DNA of 64,000 nucleotides from Nitrospirota bacterium (GTDB lineage Bacteria; Nitrospirota; Nitrospiria; 2-01-FULL-66-17), in the NCBI GenBank assembly GCA_049325335.1, contig JBMOMC010000043.1, positions 309,852-373,851 on the forward strand, read 5' to 3'. The translations under genes and the position numbers were made by a program. This document shows positions 22,516 through 31,993 of this stretch, in pieces. How positions within the stretch are numbered: position 1 is the stretch's first letter; every line of letters begins with the position of its first letter. The notes beneath the pieces are model-generated. The model was not told where the DNA came from. It was given only the letters and a program-made list of their open reading frames with translations, and searched no databases.

Positions 22516-24207
22516 ATGCCGACGATAACTGTCCTCAAGTCCGATCTGGAATCGCTCGCCGGAAGAAGGTTCTCGCTCGATCAACTGTCCGACGCGCTTG
22601 CATTGGTCAAAGGCGAGTTGAAAGAGCATGTGATCGCGACCAATGAGCTGCGCATCGAGCTGAACGACACCAACCGGCCTGACCTGTGGTGCGTGGAGGG
22701 GATCGCGCGGCACTTGGGAACGCCTAAGGCTGGCAAGTCGGCTCGATCTAAAGCAGTGCCCGCAAAGGGCACGTACCGAATCCGGGTGACGAAGGACGTG
22801 CGTACGGCGCGGCCCTACCTGGGCGCATGTGTGGCGCGGGGCGTGGGCGTGACCGACACATTGCTGACGCAGTTTATCCAGACGCAGGAAAAACTCGCCG
22901 AATTGTACGGCCGCAAACGACAGACCGTGTCTATTGGCCTGTACCCGTTACAAAAGATCGTGTTCCCGGTGTCATACACCACGGCCGCCCCGGATGAGGC
23001 GAGCTTTGTCCCGTTGGGTGCGGACAAGGTCATGACGTTGCGCGAGATTTTGGTCCGACATCCCAAGGGCGTGGCGTACGGGAAGATTCTCGCAGCTTGT
23101 ACGCGCTATCCGTTGTTGGTGGATTCGCGCGGAGAGATCCTCTCGTTCCCGCCCATCATCAACAGCCAGGCGTTGGGCGCGGTGGCGGTGGGCGATGACG
23201 ATCTGTTGGTCGAGGTCACGGGCACGGATCAGCGCATGGTGGTGCTGGCGGTCAACATCTGGGCGCAGAACCTGCGCGATCGCGGTGCGCGCGTGGACCC
23301 GGTGACCATCGAGTACGCCTGGGCCACGCCCATGGGGCGCAGGGTGGTCACGCCAAAGGAAATCGCCAAACCCGTGTCGGTACCGGTGCAATTGATCGCG
23401 CAGGTCCTGGGTGAAGCAATCAAGCCGGCCGAGGCCAAGCGGCTCCTGACCGGCTACGGCCATCGGGTTGCTGGTTCGGCCACGACCATAAAGGTCACCC
23501 CGCCCGCGCACCGCGACGACATCTTGCACCCAGTGGACGTGGTGGAAGACGTGGCGATCGCGCGCGGCTACAACTCGTTCGCGCCCGAGATGCCGAGCCA
23601 GTTTACGGTCGGCTCGCTCTCACCGATCGAGCGGTACGCGGATCGCGTGCGCGAGTTGTTGGTCGGTCAGGGATTTCAAGAAACGATGGCCAACATCCTG
23701 ACCTCACGGCAGGACGTGGTGGAGCGCATGGGCGGTGGTCGGACTGGTGAAGGGCTTGTCGAAGTCGACAACCCCATGGTGGAGACATTTGCGGTGCTGC
23801 GTCCGAATCTGCTGGCGTCGTTGTTGCGCGTGGAGGCCGCCAGTTCCAAAGCCGTGTATCCGCACCGCGTGTTCGAGGTCGGTGAGGCCGCGAGTATTGA
23901 TCCTGCGTCCGAGGTGGGCTGCCGCACCGAGGTGCGGGCCGCGGTCCTGATCTCGCACGCGGAGGCTGCGTTCTCGGAAGCCCACGCCGCACTGGAAAGC
24001 CTGGCCTACGCGTTGGGCGTGTCGTACCGCTTGGACCCCACCCCCCACCCGAGCTTTATCGAAGGCCGCGCCGGCACCATCATGCTCGGCGACCGCCCCG
24101 TCGGCGTCATCGGTGAAATCACGCCCTCCGTGCTCGAAGCCTGGGGCATCGGCATGCCGTGCGCGCTGTTCGACCTCTCGGTCGATTCCTTGCTGCCTCA
24201 ATCATAA
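22516..24207 (+). CDS. pheT: Phenylalanine-tRNA ligase beta subunit, archaeal/eukaryote type
   Basis: ~560 aa; MPTI start, NRPDL, LSFPPIINS, RDDILHPVDVVEDVAIARGY; lacks the bacterial tRNA-binding OB and FDX-ACB domains. Confidence 0.92.
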   Translation: MPTITVLKSDLESLAGRRFSLDQLSDALALVKGELKEHVIATNELRIELNDTNRPDLWCVEGIARHLGTPKAGKSARSKAVPAKGTYRIRVTKDVRTARPYLGACVARGVGVTDTLLTQFIQTQEKLAELYGRKRQTVSIGLYPLQKIVFPVSYTTAAPDEASFVPLGADKVMTLREILVRHPKGVAYGKILAACTRYPLLVDSRGEILSFPPIINSQALGAVAVGDDDLLVEVTGTDQRMVVLAVNIWAQNLRDRGARVDPVTIEYAWATPMGRRVVTPKEIAKPVSVPVQLIAQVLGEAIKPAEAKRLLTGYGHRVAGSATTIKVTPPAHRDDILHPVDVVEDVAIARGYNSFAPEMPSQFTVGSLSPIERYADRVRELLVGQGFQETMANILTSRQDVVERMGGGRTGEGLVEVDNPMVETFAVLRPNLLASLLRVEAASSKAVYPHRVFEVGEAASIDPASEVGCRTEVRAAVLISHAEAAFSEAHAALESLAYALGVSYRLDPTPHPSFIEGRAGTIMLGDRPVGVIGEITPSVLEAWGIGMPCALFDLSVDSLLPQS

Positions 24208-24241
24208 AAAAGAGAAAGGGCGCGTATGCGCCCTTTCTCTT
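24206..24241. terminator. Intrinsic terminator between convergent pheT and rplT
   Basis: AGAGAAAGGGCGC-gtat-GCGCCCTTTCTCT, with an A-tract on the left (U-tract for the minus strand). Confidence 0.85.
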
Positions 24242-24265
24242 CAGTCCACGACGGTAAGTTGCTGT

Positions 24266-24628
24266 TTACGCCGATGCGGTCTTGGTCTTGGCTTGGCTCA
24301 CGACTTTTGAGAACCCGGTCGGATCCGCGATCGCCAAGTCGGACAGCACTTTGCGGTTCAGCACGATGCCGAGGTTTTTCAGCGCGGCCATGAACTGGCT
24401 GTAGGACAGGCCTTCCGCGCGGACGGCCGCGGAGATTCGGGCGATCCACAGCCGGCGGAAGTCGCGCTTGCGGGCACGGCGGTCGCGGAACGCGTATTGC
24501 CGGCCTTTATCGACCAGTTCGGTCGCGGTGCGGAAGAGCCGGCTCTTCCCGCCGTACGCACCCTTGGCGAGTTTCAGGCGCTTGCGGCGCCGTTCCTTGG
24601 TTTTTGGTCCACCTTTGACACGAGGCAT
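24266..24628 (-). CDS. rplT: 50S ribosomal protein L20
   Basis: MPRVKGG...FRRLWIARI...LNRKVLSDLA. Confidence 0.97.
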   Translation of the reverse strand: MPRVKGGPKTKERRRKRLKLAKGAYGGKSRLFRTATELVDKGRQYAFRDRRARKRDFRRLWIARISAAVRAEGLSYSQFMAALKNLGIVLNRKVLSDLAIADPTGFSKVVSQAKTKTASA

Positions 24629-24664
24629 TTGGTACTCCTTTCTTCAGTCAATCGACCCTGCGGC

Positions 24665-24886
24665 CTAGGTTTTCCCCACGCCGTACGGGAGTAAGCGTTT
24701 GATCATACTTTGTTCCGCAGGCTCCAGCACCACGGACGTGCTGTAGCTGCGTTTGCGCTGCGCGGTCTTGTGCGACAGAAGGTGGCGGTTGCCCGCGCGC
24801 TTGCGCGAGATCTTGCCGCTCCCGGTGGTTCGGAAACGTTTGAACGCACCCCGGTGGGTTTTCATTTTGGTTCCTGTTTTCGGCAT
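24665..24886 (-). CDS. rpmI: 50S ribosomal protein L35
   Basis: KMKTHRGAFKRFRTTGSGK. Confidence 0.96.
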   Translation of the reverse strand: MPKTGTKMKTHRGAFKRFRTTGSGKISRKRAGNRHLLSHKTAQRKRSYSTSVVLEPAEQSMIKRLLPYGVGKT

Positions 24887-24952
24887 TCGACGTCCTTTCC
24901 TCTGCGGCCGGCTTGCGCTCCGGCCGATCTCGTTCTGGTTGGAGCGCCCCCG

Positions 24953-25459
24953 TCAGCCGTGCTTCGGCGCGAGGAGGATGCTCATGTTGCGCCCTTCCAT
25001 CCGCGGTTGTTGTTCCACCTGCGCCGCGGAACCCAGTTGCTCGATCATCTTCCCCAGCACCGTGCGCCCCGCGTCCTGGTGAGCCATTTCCCGGCCGCGG
25101 AACATCACGGTGATTTTGACCTTGTGCCCCTCGGCCAAAAAATCCTTCACGTGGCGGGTCTTGAATTCCACGTCGTGGGTGTCGGTAAAGGGGCGCAGCT
25201 TCACCTCTTTGAGTTGCGTCGCCTTTTGTTTGGCCCCCTGCTGCTTCTTTGACTGCTCGTAACGGTACTTGCCGTAGTCGATGATGCGACAGACGGGCGG
25301 GACGGCCGTCGGCGACACTTCCACGAGGTCCAAACCCGCTTCCTCGGCGCGTTTGATCGCATCGCCGATCGGCAGGACCCCGATCTGCTCGGAGTTGGGG
25401 CCGATGACCCGCACCTCGCGGATTCGAATTTCCTGATTCACCCGGTGTTTTACTGCGAT
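24953..25459 (-). CDS. infC: Translation initiation factor IF-3 (ATC start)
   Basis: RVNQEIR, LDLVEVSP, KVKITVMFRGRE; AAAGGAGG lies 6 nt before an in-frame ATC. Confidence 0.93.
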   Translation of the reverse strand: MAVKHRVNQEIRIREVRVIGPNSEQIGVLPIGDAIKRAEEAGLDLVEVSPTAVPPVCRIIDYGKYRYEQSKKQQGAKQKATQLKEVKLRPFTDTHDVEFKTRHVKDFLAEGHKVKITVMFRGREMAHQDAGRTVLGKMIEQLGSAAQVEQQPRMEGRNMSILLAPKHG

Positions 25460-25490
25460 AGACGGCCTCCTTTGATTAACGCGGGCGCGA

Positions 25491-27449
25491 TCACGCCCGA
25501 CCCTTGGACGGTTGCGCGGTGGATGGACCGGCGACCCGCGCGCGAATTTCGGTCTCGATGTGGTCCGCCACGGCCGCGACCGCTTGGGCCGGCAATTCTT
25601 GCCCGTCGCGCCGGCGCACCGACACGGTGCCGGCCGCGGCTTCGCGATCGCCGAGCACCAGCATGTAGGGAATCTTGGCCAATTGGGCTTCGCGGATCTT
25701 GAGACCGATCTTTTCGTTGCGGCCGTCGAGCTCGGCGCGGATGCCGCGGCCGGCGAGCGCCGCGAGGACCTCGCGCGCATAGGGGTGCACGCGGTCCGCG
25801 ATGGGCAACACAATGGCCTGCGTGGGCGCGAGCCACGTGGGGAACGCGCCGCCGTAGTGCTCGATCAACACGCCGAGGAACCGTTCTAGCGAGCCCAACA
25901 ATGCGCGGTGGATCATGATGGGCTGGTGGTCCTTATCGTCCTCGCCCTTGTAGTGCAGGCCGAACCGATCCGGGAAGTTGAAGTCCACCTGGATCGTGGC
26001 GCACTGCCACGAGCGCCGCAGCATGTCCTTGATCTTAATGTCGATCTTCGGTCCGTAGAACACGCCCTCGCCAGGATCAACCTGATACGGCAAGCCCTTG
26101 GCGCGCAACGCGCCTTCCAGCGCCGACGTGGCTAGGTCCCAGCGCTCCAAGGCGCCCACGTATTTTTCGGGCCGGGTGGAAAGGTAAATGTCGTACTCCG
26201 GGAACCCGAAGGTGGTCAGGATCGTGGTTACGAAGTCGAGCACGTTGGTGATTTCGTGCTGCAACTGGTCGGGCCGGCAGAAGAGGTGCGCGTCGTCCTG
26301 CGTGAATCCTCGCACGCGCATCAGGCCGTGCAACACGCCGGAGCGCTCGAAGCGATACACCGTGCCCAGCTCGGCGAATCGCACCGGCAAATCGCGATAG
26401 CTGCGCGGTCGTGACTTGTAGACCATGATGTGGAACGGGCAGTTCATGGGTTTGAGTTCGTACTCCACGCCCTCCACGTCCATGGGGGTGAACATATTGT
26501 CGCGGTAAAAATCCACGTGTCCGCTGCGCCGCCACAGATCCAGTTTGGCCACGTGCGGGCTGTAGACCATGTCGTACCCCGCGCGGTCGTGTTCGTTGCG
26601 CCAGAAATCTTCGATGGTGCGGCGGATGCGCGCGCCCTTGGGGTGCCAGAGCACCAAGCCGGGACCGACCTCGTCGGTCATGGAGAAGAGGTCCAGGTCT
26701 CGGCCCAACTTGCGGTGGTCGCGGCGCTTGGCTTCTTCCAGCCGGGCCAGGTGCGCGTCCAACTCCTCACGCGTGGGGAACGAGGTGCCGTAGATGCGTT
26801 GCAGCATCCGGTTCTTCTCGTCCCCCCGCCAATACGCGCCGGCCAATGTGGTGAGCTTAAAGTGCGCGACTCCGGCTGTGGTGGAGAGGTGCGGGCCTTC
26901 GCACAGGTCGATGAATTCGCCCTGTTTGTACAAACTGACCGTGGGATCCGGGATGCCTTCGATAATTTCGACCTTATAAGGCTCGCCGCGATCGCGGAAG
27001 AACCGGATGGCCTCAGCTTTCGATAGTTCTTGACGTTCGATCGTGAACGCGGTGCGGGCCAGCTCCTGCATCAACGCTTCGATCTTCTCCAGATCTTCCG
27101 GCGTGAGCGGCCGGTCATAATCAAAGTCGTAATAGAACCCGTCCTCGATGGCCGGGCCGATCGCGAGCTTGATGCCGGGGAACAGGCGTTTGACCGCCTG
27201 CGCCATCAAGTGCGCGGAGCTGTGGCGAAACACTTCGCGGCCTTCGGCGCTGTCGAAGGAGAGCGGTTCCACCCGTGCGTCGCGATGCAACGGGGCGTAC
27301 AAGTCCGCCACGCGGCCATCCACCTTGAGCGCGATGGTCCGACTCCGATGCGCGGAGTCCAACCCGTTGATCACGGTCTGCGGGGTCACCCCGGCCGGAA
27401 ACGAACGGCTCGTGTGATCTGGAAAGGTCAGGACTATTTCAGACGACAT
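25491..27449 (-). CDS. thrS: Threonine-tRNA ligase
   Basis: RHSSAHL, DLCEGPH, RDHRKLG, KPMNCP, RVRGFTQDDAH, GSLERF. Confidence 0.98.
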   Translation of the reverse strand: MSSEIVLTFPDHTSRSFPAGVTPQTVINGLDSAHRSRTIALKVDGRVADLYAPLHRDARVEPLSFDSAEGREVFRHSSAHLMAQAVKRLFPGIKLAIGPAIEDGFYYDFDYDRPLTPEDLEKIEALMQELARTAFTIERQELSKAEAIRFFRDRGEPYKVEIIEGIPDPTVSLYKQGEFIDLCEGPHLSTTAGVAHFKLTTLAGAYWRGDEKNRMLQRIYGTSFPTREELDAHLARLEEAKRRDHRKLGRDLDLFSMTDEVGPGLVLWHPKGARIRRTIEDFWRNEHDRAGYDMVYSPHVAKLDLWRRSGHVDFYRDNMFTPMDVEGVEYELKPMNCPFHIMVYKSRPRSYRDLPVRFAELGTVYRFERSGVLHGLMRVRGFTQDDAHLFCRPDQLQHEITNVLDFVTTILTTFGFPEYDIYLSTRPEKYVGALERWDLATSALEGALRAKGLPYQVDPGEGVFYGPKIDIKIKDMLRRSWQCATIQVDFNFPDRFGLHYKGEDDKDHQPIMIHRALLGSLERFLGVLIEHYGGAFPTWLAPTQAIVLPIADRVHPYAREVLAALAGRGIRAELDGRNEKIGLKIREAQLAKIPYMLVLGDREAAAGTVSVRRRDGQELPAQAVAAVADHIETEIRARVAGPSTAQPSKGRA

Positions 27450-27525
27450 ACGCAGACGACATACGCATTCCTAATACGTTTGATGATTGTCATCACCACG
27501 TGGTGGTGGGGCGACAACGTGTAAA

Positions 27526-27600
27526 TGGTAGGCACGGGCGGTCTTGAACCGCCGACCTCTACCGTGTCAAGGTAGCGCTCTCCCCCTGAGCTACGTGCCT
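27526..27600 (-). tRNA. tRNA-Val(GAC)
   Basis: AGGCACGTAGCTCAG...CTACC-TTGACAC-GGTAG...GGTTCAAG...CGTGCCTACCA cloverleaf with encoded CCA; upstream TTGACA-18-TACGAT. Confidence 0.97.
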
Positions 27601-27745
27601 GTCCTGCCGAGAAAGTGATGATCGTACGCAATGACTTTGAATGTTGTCAAGCGGTCGGGGTGACGTGCGAGCGGCCGCGGCGGAGGTCCGCCGCGGCCGC
27701 TCGAAAGCCATCAATCCCGCGGTCTGACGCGGGGGGGGCGACTCG

Positions 27746-28018
27746 TCAACGAATAGCGGATTTAAAGGTCTTCCCGGCGGAGAATCGCGGAACCTTGGTA
27801 GCCGCGATTTTAATGGCCTCGCCGGTGCGCGGATTGCGCCCGATCCGCGCCTTGCGCTTGGACACCGCGAAGGTGCCGAATCCGACCAACGAGACGCGCT
27901 GGCCCTTCTTGAGCGCGCCCGTGATGCCCGCCACCATGGCGCCCAGCGCCTTCGTGGCGGAGGTTTTGGAGATACCCGCGGTGTCAGCCATCCGGTCGAT
28001 CAATTCTGCTTTGGTCAT
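27746..28018 (-). CDS. hup: DNA-binding protein HU
   Basis: MTKAELID...GFGTF...RIGRNPRTGE. Confidence 0.96.
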   Translation of the reverse strand: MTKAELIDRMADTAGISKTSATKALGAMVAGITGALKKGQRVSLVGFGTFAVSKRKARIGRNPRTGEAIKIAATKVPRFSAGKTFKSAIR

Positions 28019-28228
28019 GCGTCCCTCCTGGTCCGAGTGTGATGGTGAGCGTTCCCGTTGCCCGATCCCACGTCCCTCGTGGCTCCGCGGCGCGTCCAGA
28101 CGCGGCGCGCGGACCCGCATACCGAAAGTGGCGGCAGAATAGCAAGGTCGCGCGAGCCCTGTCAAGCGAGAAACGGCTTCCCGGTTACATTTACATTGCC
28201 CAGAGTCGCTGCGTATAATTCCGTCGCA

Positions 28229-28612
28229 CGCCAGAGCGGGCCGGATGATCGCTCCGGTTTGACCGGAGAGGAAAGTCCGAACTCCGAAGGGCAGGGCGCT
28301 CCGTAACGCGGAGGCCTCGTGAGGGGACGGAAAGTGCCACAGAAAACAAACCGCCTGGTCGGGCGACCAACCAGGTAAGGGTGAAACGGTGGGGTAAGAG
28401 CCCACCGCCCCGAGGGTGACCAAGGGGGCACGGTAAACCCCGCCCGGAGCAAGACCAAATAGGAGGACATGCTCCCTTCGGGGAGTAAAGGGTGGCCCGC
28501 CCGAGTCCTCGGGTCAGGTCGCATCGAGGCCGCGGGTAACCGCGGCCCCAGAGAAATGATCATCACTCGCCGGAAGGCGGGCACAGAATTCGGCTTATGG
28601 CGCGCTCTGGCG
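28229..28612 (+). ncRNA. rnpB: RNase P RNA, bacterial type A
   Basis: GAGGAAAGTCCG, AGTGCCACAGAAA, GGTAAACCCC..GGAGCAAG, ACAGAATTCGGCTTA; P1 ends pair (CGCCAGAGCG / CGCTCTGGCG); TATAAT at 28214. Confidence 0.97.
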
Positions 28613-28613
28613 T

Positions 28614-28736
28614 CTGGCCATCGATACGGGGCGACTGCGGCGTTGTCGCTTCGGGGTCGCGTCCTCACGTACGATACAGTACGTTCCGGCGCGGCCCCTC
28701 GCTCCGCCTTGCATTCGCCGCCGTCTCGATGGTCAG
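28614..28736 (+). repeat. ~120-nt structured dispersed repeat, copy 4
   Basis: Same core; directly after the 3' end of rnpB. Confidence 0.9.
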
Positions 28737-28774
28737 CCGGCGCAACTGAGCGCTGGAGGGTCAATACCAATAAG

Positions 28775-30211
28775 ATGCGAGATCAGAGACACAGCGTGAG
28801 TTCCCGGCGGCCGCCACAGTATCAGGGGGCGGCGCTGCTGGCGGATCCGATCCACGGGTACATTACGTTTACGGTGCCCAAGGACGGGGACGACGCGCGC
28901 GAGGCGACCGAGAAGGATCTGATCGACACGCCGTGGGTGCAGCGGCTGCGGTACGTGTACCAGCTCCAAAGCGCGCGGTGGGTGTTCCCCTCGGCCGAGC
29001 ACACGCGCTTCGTGCACTCGATCGGCGCCATGCACGTGGCGGGGCGCTTTGCCACGCACCTCTATCCGTCGCTCAAGGCCGCGGTGCCGGATTGCCCGTC
29101 TGCGGCCTACATCGAGGAACTGATGCGGGTGACCGCGTTGCTGCACGACGTGGGGCACGGCCCGTTCTGTCACTTCTTCGACGACAATTTTCTCGACCGT
29201 TTCGCCGTGACGCACGAGGTGATCGGCCGGCGGATCGTGGTGGACGAGTTGGGCGCCGTGATCCGCCGCATCCGCCGTAGCCCCCACGGATCGTTCGCGC
29301 CCCGCGAGGTGTTGGACCCCGAGCACATTGGGTTTCTCATCTGCAAACATCGCGACCATGACCGCGCCAAGTACCCCACGTGGCTGCAATTTCTCCAACC
29401 CATGATCGCGGGGATCTACACCGCAGACAACCTCGACTACGTGCTACGAGACGCGTACATGTGCGGGGTGGCGATCGGTCCGGTGGACTTGGATCGGTTG
29501 ATCCATTACACGTTCTTCACGGACCAGGGCTGGACCCTGCATCGCGCGGGCTGCTCCGCGCTCACCATGTTCCTCAACGCGCGATTGTACCTGTACACCA
29601 ACGTGTACTATCACCGCACCACCCGTGCGATCGACCTGCACTTGCGCGATCTGTTCACCGAAACCATGGGGTTGATTTTTCCGCACAACCCGCTGGATAA
29701 GATGGACGCGTATCTCGGGCTGACGGACTGGTCATTGCTCGAAGAGGTTCGTTCGTGGCCGCGCGCCGCGGGCAAGATCAAACGACGGTTGGGCGAAGGG
29801 TGGCGCAAGATCTTGCAGCGCGAGGTGATGTGGAAGATGGCGTACGATGCCACGCTGTCCTTGCGCGAGCCCGGGCGCGGGCAGACCTTCATCACCCAAG
29901 AGGCGTTGGAGGACGGCATTCGCGCCGCGTTGCCGACCAAACTCAAGTCATTGGACTTCCGCGTGGACCTGGCGTATCAGGACCCCCGTCCCATCAACCC
30001 GCTGCGCATGGGCGGCAAGCAGATCTACGTGTACAACCCGTCCTCGCGGTTGGTGTCCAAGGAACCGCTCCAGGAATTCCTGGATTTCATCCCTGCCCAA
30101 CTGGTGCAGTGCCGGATCTTCGCGAAGGATCACGCGCATGACCTGGAACTGACGGCGATCGCGGAAAAAGTGTTGGGCCAGGAGGGAGCGCATATCAAGA
30201 CGAACGTGTAG
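28775..30211 (+). CDS. HD-domain phosphohydrolase (SAMHD1/dNTPase-like); start uncertain
   Basis: DPIHG, QRLR, EHTRFVHSIG, LLHDVGHGPFCH, ADNLDYVLRD. Confidence 0.88.
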   Translation: MRDQRHSVSSRRPPQYQGAALLADPIHGYITFTVPKDGDDAREATEKDLIDTPWVQRLRYVYQLQSARWVFPSAEHTRFVHSIGAMHVAGRFATHLYPSLKAAVPDCPSAAYIEELMRVTALLHDVGHGPFCHFFDDNFLDRFAVTHEVIGRRIVVDELGAVIRRIRRSPHGSFAPREVLDPEHIGFLICKHRDHDRAKYPTWLQFLQPMIAGIYTADNLDYVLRDAYMCGVAIGPVDLDRLIHYTFFTDQGWTLHRAGCSALTMFLNARLYLYTNVYYHRTTRAIDLHLRDLFTETMGLIFPHNPLDKMDAYLGLTDWSLLEEVRSWPRAAGKIKRRLGEGWRKILQREVMWKMAYDATLSLREPGRGQTFITQEALEDGIRAALPTKLKSLDFRVDLAYQDPRPINPLRMGGKQIYVYNPSSRLVSKEPLQEFLDFIPAQLVQCRIFAKDHAHDLELTAIAEKVLGQEGAHIKTNV

Positions 30212-30281
30212 TGCGCTCACAGCAGACACCTTGCCGAAGAACCCCCTGTAAGTGGCCATGAGTTGGTGGCTCGCCCGCCGA

Positions 30282-30358
30282 AGATAAAACCGCACCCCAC
30301 GCCATTCCCTCCCCCTCAAGGGGGGAGGGTGAGGGAGGGGGTGGCCGTGGTTTTGTCT
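30282..30358. repeat. GC-rich palindromic element (CCCTCCCCCT-caa-GGGGGGAGGG core)
   Basis: Nested inverted repeats with outer arms AGATAAAACCGC / GTGGTTTTGTCT. Confidence 0.65.
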
Positions 30359-31105
30359 GAGCATCTGGGTCCTGCAAGCCGTCAGCGTAACCCCGTCAGT
30401 CTTGCCCGCGCGCTCTCCAAACTGGGCGTGACTTCGCGCAGCCAGGCGCGCGAGTGTATTGAGGCGGGCCGCGTGTCAGTGGATGGGCGGGTGGTGCGGG
30501 ATCCCGAACGGAGGATCGATCTCGATCGTGTCCGGCTGGCGGTGGATGGCGCGCCGGTTGCGGCGAGCGCTCGGGTGTATCTGGCGCTCCATAAACCCAA
30601 GGGCGTGGTCACCACGCGATCCGATGAACATGGACGTAAAACTGTTTACGATGTCATCGCCAGGGCCGACATCGCTGATGCGCGATGGGTGGCGCCGGTC
30701 GGGCGGTTGGATCGGGACAGCTCAGGCCTGTTGCTGCTGACCAACGACATGCAATGGGGCGCCGGGATCAGCGCTCCGGAATCAGCCGTCACCAAGACGT
30801 ATCACGTGCGCGTGCTGCCCCGGATCACTCCCGAACACCTCACGCGTCTGTCCGCGCCCATGTCCAAGGACTTCGGTCCCCCGATTGCGGTGTCGGTGGT
30901 GCGCGAGTCCCCACGCGGCACGTGGCTAGAGATCGCCTTGGTCGAGGGCAAGAACCGCGAAATCCGCCGCATGTGCGCGCGCCTGGGCTATCGCGTGGAC
31001 GCGCTGGTGCGCATTCGAATCGGCCCGGTGGCGCTCGGCGATGTAAAGCCCGGTGAGATCCGCCGGTTGACGGCGCGGGAAGTGGCGTCGCTACGAAGTC
31101 GGTGA
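30341..31105 (+). CDS. rRNA pseudouridine synthase, RsuA/RluB family; start uncertain
   Basis: S4-like N-terminus, HKPKG, VGRLDRDSSGLLLLTND, EGKNREIRRM. Confidence 0.92.
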   Translation: MAVVLSEHLGPASRQRNPVSLARALSKLGVTSRSQARECIEAGRVSVDGRVVRDPERRIDLDRVRLAVDGAPVAASARVYLALHKPKGVVTTRSDEHGRKTVYDVIARADIADARWVAPVGRLDRDSSGLLLLTNDMQWGAGISAPESAVTKTYHVRVLPRITPEHLTRLSAPMSKDFGPPIAVSVVRESPRGTWLEIALVEGKNREIRRMCARLGYRVDALVRIRIGPVALGDVKPGEIRRLTAREVASLRSR

Positions 31106-31110
31106 AGTCG

Positions 31111-31911
31111 TTAGGGCCACGTAACTACTGGCGGCATCGACATCAAAATCGCCTCCACGTCGCCCTTGGTCTTCAAGCCAAACAACGTACCGCGGTCGTA
31201 GATCAGATTAAATTCCACGTAGCGGCCCCGGCGTTGAAGCTGGTGTTGGCGCTGTTCGGGGGTGAACGGGAGGTTCTTGCGGCGGCGCACGATTTCCGGG
31301 TAAATGCTCGCGAAAGTGTCGCCCACGTCCCGCACAAAGGCAAACAGGGTTTCGACCGGCCGGTCGTTGATATAGTCGAAGAAAATGCCGCCCACGCCGC
31401 GCGGTTCGTTGCGATGGGGTAGGAAGAAGTACTCGTCGCACCATTTCTTGAATCGCGGGTAGTAGTTCGGGTCGTGGCGGTCGCACGCGCGCTGCAAGGC
31501 CGCGTGGAAGTCCCGGGTGTCCTCCTCGAACGGGTAGTAGGGCGTCAAATCGGTTCCACCCCCGAACCACCACCGGTCCATCTCAAGATATCGCACGTTC
31601 ATATGGACCGCCGGGACCAAGGGATTGGCCATGTGCGCGACCAGTGACACGCCCGTGGCAAAGAACTCGGTGGTCTGGCTTTGGAGCTTGGCCGCCATGT
31701 CCGGTTCCATGTCGCCCCAGACCGTGGAGCAGTTCACGCCGACCTTTTCGAACACTGTGCCGCGCATCACGGACATGACCCCGCCGCCACCGCCGCCTTC
31801 GCGTTGCCACGCCCGTTGTTCGAACTTGGCGGTGTCCAAGGACGCGAACGCGCCGCAAATCCGGTCGCGAAGGTCCTGGGTGTAGCGTTCCATGTCTTGT
31901 CGCATGGTCAT
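31111..31911 (-). CDS. hemF: Oxygen-dependent coproporphyrinogen III oxidase
   Basis: FEKVGVN, WWFGGGTDLTP, RGVGGIFFD, RRGRYVEFNLIYDRGT. Confidence 0.96.
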   Translation of the reverse strand: MTMRQDMERYTQDLRDRICGAFASLDTAKFEQRAWQREGGGGGGVMSVMRGTVFEKVGVNCSTVWGDMEPDMAAKLQSQTTEFFATGVSLVAHMANPLVPAVHMNVRYLEMDRWWFGGGTDLTPYYPFEEDTRDFHAALQRACDRHDPNYYPRFKKWCDEYFFLPHRNEPRGVGGIFFDYINDRPVETLFAFVRDVGDTFASIYPEIVRRRKNLPFTPEQRQHQLQRRGRYVEFNLIYDRGTLFGLKTKGDVEAILMSMPPVVTWP

Positions 31912-31993
31912 GACGAACCTCTTCCGGAAGATATCCGAGTCGGCATTATAGGCCGCGCGCGCCGCGCGAGGCAAGTTAGCCGTTGGAGGTACG

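Noticed and set aside
27526..27745. tRNA-Val as an integration site
   Set aside because: No integrase, and no duplicated tRNA 3' end seen; the flanks are housekeeping genes
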